NCBI GenBank assembly: GCA_937888365.1
Contig: CALBFA010000101.1
Span: 54,035-118,034 of the forward strand
Length of the DNA stretch: 64,000 nt
Direction: 5' to 3'
Origin: an uncultured Fidelibacterota bacterium
GTDB taxonomy: Bacteria; Fidelibacterota; UBA8477; JABMPR01
The notes beneath the pieces are model-generated. The model was given only the letters and a program-made list of their open reading frames with translations, was not told the origin of the DNA and searched no databases. Every line of letters begins with the position of its first letter. Within the stretch, counting starts at the first letter, position 1. A program made the position numbers and the translations under genes. Shown here in pieces: positions 20,495 to 29,625 of the stretch.

Positions 20495-21861
20495 ATTTAG
20501 GAAAAGCCTATAAATCAATCTATTTCGTAGGTGTTGGCGGTATCGGAATGAGTGCACTTGCTTTAGTGTTGAAAAGCATGGGATATTGGGTTTCGGGTTC
20601 CGATTCAAAACAATCCACTATTACAGATATGCTTCAGGAAAAGGATATCAACGTTTCCATTGGTGACAACGCTATTATCCCAGACAATATTGATTTATTA
20701 GTTTACAGTTCTGCGGTTCCCACAACCCATCCACATCGTCTTTTCGCTAAAGAAAATAATATTCCTGAAATGAGACGAGCTGAGCTTTTAGGCGGTATAT
20801 TTTTGACGCATAAATCGCGTCTCGCTATTGCTGGAACCCATGGAAAAACCACGACAACTGCAATGGTCGGACATATTTTTGAGCGTAATGGAATGAAACC
20901 AACGGTCTTGGTTGGCGGCATTTTACAGAATTCCAAATTAAATGGAATTTATGAAAAAGGTGATGTTTGTATCGTTGAAGCCGATGAATATGATCGTTCA
21001 TTTCTTGCTTTAAGTCCGACAGGGTCAATTGTTACCACTCTTGATGAAGACCACTTAGATATTTATAAAGATTTAAATGATATTAAAGCGACATTTATTT
21101 CCTTCTTAGAAAAAACGCCTTCTTCGGGACTCAATATCCTCTGTAATGATGCACCCAATATTCGTGATATCTTGCCAAATTTGACAAAGCCGTATGTGCT
21201 TTATGGATTTAATAATGAGGCCGATTTTCACGTAAGCATCAATGAAATTATAGAAGGCAAAACATATTTCTCAATTAAACATGAAAATGATGTCTATAAT
21301 TTGACCCTTCAACTTCCTGGGGAACATAATGTACTCAATGCGGCAGCGGCTTTTATAATAAGTCTTCATAATGGTATTGATGCTATAGGTGCGATTTCAG
21401 CACTTTCTAATTTTTCAGGCGTTGAACGACGGTTCGAATTTATAGGTGAGGCTGGCAATATCAAAATATATGATGACTATGCACATCATCCTGCTGAGGT
21501 TACGGCAACATTGAGTGCGGTCAAATCAGTTTTCCCTCATAGACGCATCGTTGTGATTTTTCAACCTCATCTTTATTCTCGAACCCGTGATTTTGCAAAT
21601 GAATTCGCCGAAGCGTTATCAATGGCTCATTTCGTTTTGCTCGCAGATATATACCCAGCTCGTGAAAAAGCTATAGAAGGTGTCAGCAGTCAAATGATCT
21701 ATGCTAAAATTACATCAGCGAAATTGTCCCTAGGTCCAATTTATAATGCTGAATCTGTTATTTTTGATGCCTTACAGCCAAATGATATCGTTTTGACAAT
21801 GGGCGCAGGTGATGTTTGGAAAATGGGTCGACAACTTTTAACTCGGATTGCTGCAAATTGA
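20491..21861 (+). CDS. murC: UDP-N-acetylmuramate--L-alanine ligase MurC
   Basis: GVGGIGMSALA and IAGTHGKTTTT motifs. Confidence 0.9.
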   Translation: MNLGKAYKSIYFVGVGGIGMSALALVLKSMGYWVSGSDSKQSTITDMLQEKDINVSIGDNAIIPDNIDLLVYSSAVPTTHPHRLFAKENNIPEMRRAELLGGIFLTHKSRLAIAGTHGKTTTTAMVGHIFERNGMKPTVLVGGILQNSKLNGIYEKGDVCIVEADEYDRSFLALSPTGSIVTTLDEDHLDIYKDLNDIKATFISFLEKTPSSGLNILCNDAPNIRDILPNLTKPYVLYGFNNEADFHVSINEIIEGKTYFSIKHENDVYNLTLQLPGEHNVLNAAAAFIISLHNGIDAIGAISALSNFSGVERRFEFIGEAGNIKIYDDYAHHPAEVTATLSAVKSVFPHRRIVVIFQPHLYSRTRDFANEFAEALSMAHFVLLADIYPAREKAIEGVSSQMIYAKITSAKLSLGPIYNAESVIFDALQPNDIVLTMGAGDVWKMGRQLLTRIAAN

Positions 21862-22631
21862 TTCCATCAAAACATAGTTACACGCTTCATATTAAGAGCT
21901 TTTTACCTTTGCTTGTGTTTGTTCTTGTACTCATCACTCTGTCCGCATTAAGTCTTACTTATGGTGCATATTCCCAGCACAATTTATTATCAGAAGCCAA
22001 TGTTTATGGGAATCAATCAATGGGGAGGCAGCGTTTACAGGATTTGCTCGAAGCACATTATAATCAACCTCTTTCAGAGATTGACATCCCATATATGCAA
22101 TCAAAATTTATGGTATTCCCTCTCATTCGTGATGTAAAAATTTCGAAATCATATCCGAACCAAATTAATATTCATTTACGCGAGTCAAACCCCATCGCCT
22201 ATTTACGCTTGGATAAATTTTATTGTTATGGTGATGACGGTCGATTGCTTCCATTACCCGATAAAGGGATGATCTATAATTTACCGATTTTATCCGGTAT
22301 AAGTGGCCGTCCGACAAACAAAATTGCCGAGGATTTTGTCAACACAACTGCGGATAGCTTAAGAGATATTTTAACGCTCATTCGAAAAGATTATCCATCG
22401 ATATATACGGATATTTCCGAAATATCTTTTCAAAAAAACAAGCATGTCGAACTCGTTTCCGCTTTATACGGTACGTTGGTTCGCCTAGGTCCCACTGAAA
22501 CGATTGAAGAAAAACTCGCTATTTTAAATGAGTTTAATCGTGCAAAAGAAAAAGGTAAAACGATTGGGGAATACGAATATATCGACATACGGTTTAAGCA
22601 TCAACTTATTGTTAAAGAGAGAAACTCATGA
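21816..22631 (+). CDS. ftsQ: Cell division protein FtsQ/DivIB-like (POTRA domain)
   Basis: A single TM helix (FLPLLVFVLVLITLSALSL) is followed by a POTRA-like periplasmic domain. It overlaps the murC 3' end by 46 nt and precedes ftsA. Confidence 0.7.
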   Translation: MENGSTTFNSDCCKLIPSKHSYTLHIKSFLPLLVFVLVLITLSALSLTYGAYSQHNLLSEANVYGNQSMGRQRLQDLLEAHYNQPLSEIDIPYMQSKFMVFPLIRDVKISKSYPNQINIHLRESNPIAYLRLDKFYCYGDDGRLLPLPDKGMIYNLPILSGISGRPTNKIAEDFVNTTADSLRDILTLIRKDYPSIYTDISEISFQKNKHVELVSALYGTLVRLGPTETIEEKLAILNEFNRAKEKGKTIGEYEYIDIRFKHQLIVKERNS

Positions 22632-23875
22632 CAGATAAGCGATTCATTGCCAGTTTAGATATTGGTACTTCAAAAGTATGTGCATTTATTTTTGAAAATA
22701 CACCGAACGGACTTTCCTTTTTAGGAGCCGGTTGTGCTGCAAACGAAGGTGTAGAAAATGGAAAAGTCGTTGATGTAGAAAAAACGACGCAGTCCATTTA
22801 TGCGGCTCTTGAAAATGCGGACAGCATGGCTGGGAAAACAATTATCAATGTCTGGGTTGGCGTTTCAGGTAAGCATATTCACAGTTTAAAAGCTGTGGGA
22901 AAATTCACACTCGTTGGGGATGATGAAAATGACGGAAATCAAGTTGAAGTAAGTCAGGAATCCATACAGGCAGCTATCGAGTCAGCAAAGGCCATTCAAC
23001 TACCGTCCGATAGGATTCTATTACACGCGATTCCTCAATCTTACAGCATTGACAATGGCGAATCCCTTCGAAATGCAATCGGTATGCCTGCGAAGAAATT
23101 AGAAGCGAGTGTGAATATCATAACAGCAGACAATCGTGAATTGGCGGGTTTATATGCGAGCCTACAAAAAAATGATTTAATCATTAAAAAGCTCATTCTC
23201 GAGCCTCTAGCCTCTTCTTATTCTGTCCTTTCAGAAGAAGAGAAAGAGAGTGGTGTCGCTTTGGTTGATATAGGCGCTGGAACCACTGATGTCGCTATAT
23301 ATTTTAGTAATGCATTGGTTCATACTTCCGTTATTCCATTTGGTGGATTGAATATTACAAAAGACATCGCTCAAATTTTACATGTAACGGAAAAAGATGC
23401 AGAAGAATTAAAACTCGTACACGGTACATGCTTTCCAAAGCATGCTTTGCAGGATAAAATATTTGATATTCAATCTATTGGCGATCAACCTTATCGAAAT
23501 ATCAATGAATCTGAATTAGCGATGTATATCGAAGCACGCATGGAAGAAATCTTGGCATTCCTTCATCAAAATATAAAAGAATCTGGATATTTAACGCGAT
23601 TGACGGCTGGAATTGTTTTCACAGGTGGTGGTAGTCATCTAAAAGGTTTATTGGAATTATCATCCAAACTTTTTGATATACCGATTCGTTTAGGAGAGCC
23701 TAAAAATATCGAAAATATGCCTGCAGAATTTCTAAAAGCCGAATATTCAACGGCTATTGGTTTGGCTCAAGTCGGTTTAGAAGAAATGCGACTGATTGAG
23801 GAAAAGAGAAAGGAACAATTCAAAATCAAAGAATTGTTTGGACGTATAAAGAAATTTGCACAGAAACATTTTTAA
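22628..23875 (+). CDS. ftsA: Cell division protein FtsA
   Basis: Actin-like ATPase motifs LDIGTSKV and DIGAGTTD. C-terminal amphipathic helix ELFGRIKKFAQKHF. Confidence 0.9.
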   Translation: MTDKRFIASLDIGTSKVCAFIFENTPNGLSFLGAGCAANEGVENGKVVDVEKTTQSIYAALENADSMAGKTIINVWVGVSGKHIHSLKAVGKFTLVGDDENDGNQVEVSQESIQAAIESAKAIQLPSDRILLHAIPQSYSIDNGESLRNAIGMPAKKLEASVNIITADNRELAGLYASLQKNDLIIKKLILEPLASSYSVLSEEEKESGVALVDIGAGTTDVAIYFSNALVHTSVIPFGGLNITKDIAQILHVTEKDAEELKLVHGTCFPKHALQDKIFDIQSIGDQPYRNINESELAMYIEARMEEILAFLHQNIKESGYLTRLTAGIVFTGGGSHLKGLLELSSKLFDIPIRLGEPKNIENMPAEFLKAEYSTAIGLAQVGLEEMRLIEEKRKEQFKIKELFGRIKKFAQKHF

Positions 23876-23898
23876 TACTAATAAGATAGGAGAAAACA

Positions 23899-25119
23899 AT
23901 GTTATTTGAGTTTGACAGTTTTAATGAGCAAAGAGCGAAAATTAGAGTTGTTGGTGTAGGTGGTGCAGGCGGAAACGCAATTAACCGCATGATCAATTCT
24001 CAACTTTCTGGAGTAGAGTTTATCGCTATAAACACGGATGCCCAAGCATTGGAAAATAATAATGCTGATATGAAGCTCCAAATTGGGCTCCAGATTACAA
24101 AAGGTCTCGGCGCTGGCGCTAATTTAGAAGTCGGCGAAAAAGCAGCGGTTGAAGATTATCAAGCCATCACTGCAAGTTTAGAAGGATCAGACATGGTCTT
24201 TATAACAGCTGGGATGGGTGGTGGAACAGGTACAGGAGCTGCACCCATTGTAGCAAAAATTGCAAAAGAATTAGGTGCGTTGACGATTGGAGTCGTCACG
24301 TCACCTTTCCGTTTCGAAGGTCGCCCTCGTACAAACCGTGCCAATGTCGGTATTGAGAAACTTAAGAAATCAGTCGATACACTTATTGTCATTCCTAATC
24401 AACGATTATTATCAATTGTTGAAAAAGGGACATCGATGGCTGATACCTTTAATGAAGCCGACAGTATTTTGCATCAAGCGACAAAGGGCATTGCTGATGT
24501 CATCAATATTAATGGTCTTATTAACCTCGATTTTGCGGATGTTAAAACAACCATGTCTAATATGGGTGATGCTGTTATGGGAACAGGTGTTGCAACGGGG
24601 GACGAGCGTGCCGTTTTAGCCGCTCAAACCGCTATATCCTCACCGTTGCTTAGCGAAACAAACATACGTGGCGCACGGGGTCTTCTCGTCAATATAACTG
24701 GTGGAGAGGATCTCTCCATGCATGATGTTGATGAAGCGATGACGGTAATTTTTGATGAAGTTGGCGAAGATGCAAATATTATTTTTGGTGCCGTGATAAA
24801 TCCAGAGCTAAATGGCGAAATGCATGTTACGGTAATCGCTACAGGATTTGGCGAACCTAATGATGATTCTGATTTTTCTCTCGCGACTGATAAAGAAACC
24901 GAAACATCTCCTGAAATTGAACCTGAAAATAATATTGGATTAGATGACATGGAGCCAGAGATTATTTTCCCCCCCTCTCACCCTAGCAAAGAACGCTATT
25001 CTGCGAGTTCAACAAATGAAACACGTCAAAACCAAAGTCCTGAAATTTCATTTAATGACGATGAGGACTTTTCGACACCCGCTTACGACAGAAAAAAGCC
25101 ACGCTATACGTTTAAGTAA
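23899..25119 (+). CDS. ftsZ: Cell division protein FtsZ
   Basis: Tubulin signature GGGTGTGAAP, GVGGAGGNAINRM, and a C-terminal conserved peptide of the STPAYDRKK type. AGGAG Shine-Dalgarno site upstream. Confidence 0.95.
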   Translation: MLFEFDSFNEQRAKIRVVGVGGAGGNAINRMINSQLSGVEFIAINTDAQALENNNADMKLQIGLQITKGLGAGANLEVGEKAAVEDYQAITASLEGSDMVFITAGMGGGTGTGAAPIVAKIAKELGALTIGVVTSPFRFEGRPRTNRANVGIEKLKKSVDTLIVIPNQRLLSIVEKGTSMADTFNEADSILHQATKGIADVININGLINLDFADVKTTMSNMGDAVMGTGVATGDERAVLAAQTAISSPLLSETNIRGARGLLVNITGGEDLSMHDVDEAMTVIFDEVGEDANIIFGAVINPELNGEMHVTVIATGFGEPNDDSDFSLATDKETETSPEIEPENNIGLDDMEPEIIFPPSHPSKERYSASSTNETRQNQSPEISFNDDEDFSTPAYDRKKPRYTFK

Positions 25120-25143
25120 CAGAACAAAACTATCTTATTAAAA

Positions 25144-25170
25144 CAAAAGTCCGGGTAAAACCCGGACTTT
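25144..25170. terminator. Bidirectional rho-independent terminator between ftsZ and the convergent aminotransferase gene
   Basis: Hairpin GTCCGGG-TAAAA-CCCGGAC flanked by AAAA on the 5' side and TTTT on the 3' side. Confidence 0.8.
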
Positions 25171-25198
25171 TGAACTATCTCTATAAAAAAATATTTTT

Positions 25199-26545
25199 TT
25201 ATAGAGATTTGACAACTTCGCGAATTGCTTCACCAATTAAATCAATTTCTCTATTTCTTACAGTTAAAGCAGGTGCTAATCTGACAATATTAGTGTGTGT
25301 TTCTTTTGCATAAACGCCGCGAGCAAGCAATCCAAGTGAGACTTTGTGCCCGTTTAAATGGGGGGCATTAAACATTTCAAATGCTGTTAATAAACCTTTG
25401 CCTCTACCCTCTTTAATTTTATCAGGGAATTCCGCTTTGATAGCATTAAAATGACCTATTAAACGCTCTCCCATTGCTTTAGCATTTTCAGCCAAAGCGG
25501 CATCGACGAGTGTTTTAATGGCGTATGTCCCAATCACCGCGGCTAAAGGGAATCCACCGAATGTTGATCCTTCTGAACCCGGTGTTAAAACATTGATAAT
25601 GTCTTTTTTCCCTGCTACGAATGACACTGGCATGATACCGCCACCCGCCGCTTTTCCACATGCCATGAGATCAGGCTGAACACCGTAGAGCATGTGTGCG
25701 AAGTTTGCTCCGGTGCGTCCAAATCCTGTTTGAACTTCATCGACACAATACAGTACATTATGTTTTTTTAATAATGCAGCAACTCTTGGATGATAATCGT
25801 CTGAAGGTACAATGACGCCTGCCTCACCTTGAATGGGTTCGACAATAAAGCTGGCGATTCTATCACCTTTTTCGATGAGTTTCCTTTCGAGGGCATCAAT
25901 ATCATTGAACGGAATCGCTTCTATGCCTGGCAAGAATGGACCGAATCCTTCTTTACTTTCTTGGTCCGTCGATGCAGATACGGCAAACAATGAACGTCCG
26001 TGAAAATTTTCTTCGGCAACAAGAATGATGGCTTCATCCTGAGGGACGCCTTTTTTCTGATAAGCCCAACGTCTGGAAAGCTTTGCCATTAGTTCTGGCG
26101 CTTCCACACCGGCGACTTTAGGCACAACTTTGTCCATTTTGGTCACTTCTGTTGCAGCCAATAAAAAAGCGGCCATATATTTATGTCGAATAGAGCGTGG
26201 AACGGTGGGGATTTGCTCCGTCGTTAAATGCGCCACAACGGCATCGACTATTTCTTGATTCAGCTGACCTTGATTCACAGCGGAATAGCAACATAAGCCA
26301 TCAATTAGTTCTTCTTCGATATAAGGTTTAGTATGCGTTGGATCAGGTTTTCGACATATTAATGTTGAAGAATCAAGAACGCGGGATACAACTACATTTT
26401 CCAAGGGAGCATAATTTTGGCCACCTTTTTCCAATTCAATATCTTCGTGTTGTTGTGGCGATAGATCGCCGATTCGAATGCCATTTACGGTTAAATCGTC
26501 ACCATAACCCGTAATTTTTAAAGTCTTATCCATATAAATCTCCAT
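25199..26545 (-). CDS. Class III PLP-dependent aminotransferase (ornithine/acetylornithine aminotransferase-like)
   Basis: DEVQTGFGRTG motif and a PLP-lysine context CGKAAGGG. Confidence 0.7.
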   Translation of the reverse strand: MEIYMDKTLKITGYGDDLTVNGIRIGDLSPQQHEDIELEKGGQNYAPLENVVVSRVLDSSTLICRKPDPTHTKPYIEEELIDGLCCYSAVNQGQLNQEIVDAVVAHLTTEQIPTVPRSIRHKYMAAFLLAATEVTKMDKVVPKVAGVEAPELMAKLSRRWAYQKKGVPQDEAIILVAEENFHGRSLFAVSASTDQESKEGFGPFLPGIEAIPFNDIDALERKLIEKGDRIASFIVEPIQGEAGVIVPSDDYHPRVAALLKKHNVLYCVDEVQTGFGRTGANFAHMLYGVQPDLMACGKAAGGGIMPVSFVAGKKDIINVLTPGSEGSTFGGFPLAAVIGTYAIKTLVDAALAENAKAMGERLIGHFNAIKAEFPDKIKEGRGKGLLTAFEMFNAPHLNGHKVSLGLLARGVYAKETHTNIVRLAPALTVRNREIDLIGEAIREVVKSL

Positions 26546-26622
26546 TCAGTATTTGTATTAAAAAACATGGACGAATTTGATTGTTTTCGATTCAAAGTCA
26601 TCCATTAATTATATTTTTATTG

Positions 26623-26648
26623 AAAAAAAGGCTCGAATAAATCGAGCC
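26623..26648 (-). terminator. Rho-independent terminator at the end of the pilus super-operon
   Basis: On the minus strand, hairpin GGCTCGA-TTTAT-TCGAGCC followed by T7. Confidence 0.7.
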
Positions 26649-26686
26649 TGAAAAAAAATATTTTCATACTTCTATATCAAAATAAT

Positions 26687-27892
26687 TTATAAACCCGATC
26701 TCATTGCTTGCCCCATATAGAAAATGGGCAGATAGGTTATAACAAGAATCAATAAAATTAAGCCACCGACAAAAATAATCATAACGGGCTCAATAATAGA
26801 CGTCATACGGTTTACGATGGCATCAATTTGTTTCGAATAAAAATCGGATGTTTTATGCAATAGGTTATCAATTTCTCCCGTTTCTTCACCGGTGGTAAGA
26901 AGCTGCAACATAATGGAGGGGAAACGTTCCGTAATGCGAAGCGATGCCGATATTGTATAGCCATCTCGAATATATTCCGAAGCTAGTTTCACCGACGCCG
27001 CATATACTTTATTATCCACGATACGCTGTAAAAGCATCATGGACGGGATGACGGGTACACCAGCACCTAAAAGGATTCCCATCGTTTTAGAAAATTTGTT
27101 AAAAATCGTATATTTAAGAAGTGTCCCAAAGACAGGAAAATTAAGTTTAAATGAATCAATAGCATATCCACCTCTTTTCGTGAGGCCAATAAACCACATA
27201 ACAATAAGAAAAAGACCAAAAGCGAGCAGAACACCCAACCAGTTATTTTGAACTAATTCACTTATATCAACAAGTTTTTGGGTGGGGCCCGGCAATTTTG
27301 AACCCAGTTGAGCGTATACATCGGCGAAACTGGGTACAATTTTTATGAGCATTACAAGAATAACGACAATCAAAAATCCCAGAACCAGAAAAGGGTAGGT
27401 TAATGCTGAAACGACCTTTTGGTTCGTATCACTAATGTTTTCCAAATAATTTGCTAATTCATCAAGAATATCCTGGAGACTTCCTGAAACCTCACCGGCT
27501 TTAACCAGTGCGACATATAGCGTCGAAAATATTCCAGGGTGTTTTTCCATGGCGTCCGAAAGCGAATAGCCTTTCCGAATATCATCCGAAATATTTTCAA
27601 GCGCTTTTTTGAATTTGGGATTTTTTTCTTCGATGGAAAGATTGGAAACTGATTTTTCAAGTGTCAAACCTGCTGCAAACATTGTTGCAAGCTGTCGCGT
27701 AAAGAATACCATGACTTTGAGGGGGACTCTTGTCCTCATTTTTACGATGGAGCCTTGCAACTCCTCAATAAAATCGTCTCCCCATTCTTTTTTCTTTTTT
27801 TTCTTTTTCCCGAGGGCAATTTTCGCAAACGCTGCTTCTTTTTCTAAGTCTCGCTTCTGCTCAGCACCCATACTTACTTTTTCAGACATCAA
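26687..27892 (-). CDS. pilC: Type IV pilus inner-membrane platform protein PilC (GspF family)
   Basis: Duplicated GspF domain and three TM segments. The N-terminus contains a KKKKKKK tract encoded by long A-runs. Confidence 0.8.
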   Translation of the reverse strand: MMSEKVSMGAEQKRDLEKEAAFAKIALGKKKKKKKEWGDDFIEELQGSIVKMRTRVPLKVMVFFTRQLATMFAAGLTLEKSVSNLSIEEKNPKFKKALENISDDIRKGYSLSDAMEKHPGIFSTLYVALVKAGEVSGSLQDILDELANYLENISDTNQKVVSALTYPFLVLGFLIVVILVMLIKIVPSFADVYAQLGSKLPGPTQKLVDISELVQNNWLGVLLAFGLFLIVMWFIGLTKRGGYAIDSFKLNFPVFGTLLKYTIFNKFSKTMGILLGAGVPVIPSMMLLQRIVDNKVYAASVKLASEYIRDGYTISASLRITERFPSIMLQLLTTGEETGEIDNLLHKTSDFYSKQIDAIVNRMTSIIEPVMIIFVGGLILLILVITYLPIFYMGQAMRSGL

Positions 27893-29601
27893 AAATCCTC
27901 TACCGTTGAACGCAATATTTCGTCAAAAGTTGTGATGCCAGCAACCAATTTTTGGACACCTGAATCACGCAGTGTTTGCATGCCGTTTTCGATGGCTTTC
28001 TCGCGAATAATTTCTTGGTTTTTATTTTCAAAAACAAGCTTCCGAATGTCTTGGCGCAGCTCAAGTATTTCAAATATACCCGTTCTTCCACGATAGCCCG
28101 TTTGCCTACAATGAATGCAACCCTTACCTTTGTAATAAGTTTTTTTACGATGCTCTTCTGGCATATTAATTCTATCAAAGTCCTCTACCGTAGGTACATA
28201 CTCGGCTTTACAGTGCTTACAAATCGTACGAACAAGTCGCTGAGCCATCACTAAGTTTACGGAAGATCCCACTAAAAATGGTGGAATACCAATATCAATT
28301 AAACGGGTAATAGTCGAAGGTGCATCATTGGCGTGGACCGTTGAGAACACAAGGTGACCTGTTAAAGCAAATTTAATGGCAATATCCGCCGTCTCTTCAT
28401 CTCGAATCTCACCAATAAGCAAAATATCCGGATCTTGACGTAAAATAGCGCGAATCGTAGATCCAAATGTTAAGCCAATTTTTTCTCTCACTTGAACTTG
28501 GTTAATACCACTCAATTGATACTCAACAGGGTCTTCAACCGTCGTTATGTTCGTACCTTCACTCTTTATTTCTTTAAGTGACGCATACAGCGTTGTTGAC
28601 TTTCCTGATCCCGTTGGACCTGAAATAATAATCATCCCATAAGGTTGAGCAATCCATCGTTTAAACGGTATATATTGATGTTTGGGGAATCCTAGTGTCG
28701 TTAAATCCATACTGAAACTGGTTTTATCCAGTAAACGCATAACGATTTTTTCGCCATAAATTGTTGGTAATATGGAAACACGAACATCAATCTCTTTTTC
28801 GCCCATTTTAATACTAAAACGGCCGTCCTGCATTAAACGACGTTCAGCAATATCCATGTTGCTAAGAATCTTTATACGCGTCGTAATTCCGTTTAACGAT
28901 GAAGAAGGTGGGTTCATTACTTTTTGAAGCACGCCGTCAATTCTCAATCGAACTGCAATTTCATGAGGCTGAGGCTCAACGTGAATATCTGTCGCCCGTT
29001 CTTTTATGGCTTCTTGCAGAATAATATTAACGAGTTTTACATAAGGAGCTTCGTCATCAGAGATTGAATCTTGGGTTAAATTGACGAGATCGCCATCGTC
29101 TTCATCACCTACAAAGACTTCCAATTTTGATAAAGCAGCATCCACTTGTCCACTTTGGCGAATTTTTCCATAATGAAATTCGAGAGCGGCTTCAAGTGCG
29201 GATTGGCCCGCGACTAACACTTCGACTTTTAAGCTAGTATTCCCTTCAACAGCGTCAATGGTTGCGAGGTCTTCTGGATCTTCCATAGCGACCATAACCG
29301 TTGTCGCTGTCTTAGCCATGACAAGTACCAAATTTTCCATGGCAAAATCTTCTGACAAGGTCTTGACAATGCTAACATCAACGCGCATCAATTCTTCTTC
29401 GTACACAGGTTTGTGTCCCAATTGAGAAGCAAAGGTTGTGACCAGTTGATCCTCCGTCACGGCTCCCATTTGAACAAGGATTTTACCTAATTTTTCCTTG
29501 GTTGTATTCTGACGTTCCAAAGCCTCATTAAGTTTTGATTCTGTTAGAATATTCTCATGAAGCAGAATATCACCTAGTTTTTGAAATTGTGGATTAAACA
29601 T
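27889..29601 (-). CDS. pilB: Type IV pilus assembly ATPase PilB (GspE family)
   Basis: Walker A SGPTGSGKSTT, an N-terminal T2SSE_N domain, and a C-terminal tetracysteine motif CKHC...CIHC. Confidence 0.85.
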   Translation of the reverse strand: MFNPQFQKLGDILLHENILTESKLNEALERQNTTKEKLGKILVQMGAVTEDQLVTTFASQLGHKPVYEEELMRVDVSIVKTLSEDFAMENLVLVMAKTATTVMVAMEDPEDLATIDAVEGNTSLKVEVLVAGQSALEAALEFHYGKIRQSGQVDAALSKLEVFVGDEDDGDLVNLTQDSISDDEAPYVKLVNIILQEAIKERATDIHVEPQPHEIAVRLRIDGVLQKVMNPPSSSLNGITTRIKILSNMDIAERRLMQDGRFSIKMGEKEIDVRVSILPTIYGEKIVMRLLDKTSFSMDLTTLGFPKHQYIPFKRWIAQPYGMIIISGPTGSGKSTTLYASLKEIKSEGTNITTVEDPVEYQLSGINQVQVREKIGLTFGSTIRAILRQDPDILLIGEIRDEETADIAIKFALTGHLVFSTVHANDAPSTITRLIDIGIPPFLVGSSVNLVMAQRLVRTICKHCKAEYVPTVEDFDRINMPEEHRKKTYYKGKGCIHCRQTGYRGRTGIFEILELRQDIRKLVFENKNQEIIREKAIENGMQTLRDSGVQKLVAGITTFDEILRSTVEDF

Positions 29602-29625
29602 GTATACGTTCTCTTCTCGCTAAGG

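Noticed and set aside
23899-25141. Multiple antisense or nested ORFs inside ftsZ and other large genes, for example 24159-24392, 24287-24619 and 24624-24950
   Set aside because: They are embedded in, or antisense to, strongly supported conserved genes, with no start or Shine-Dalgarno context. Typical six-frame noise.
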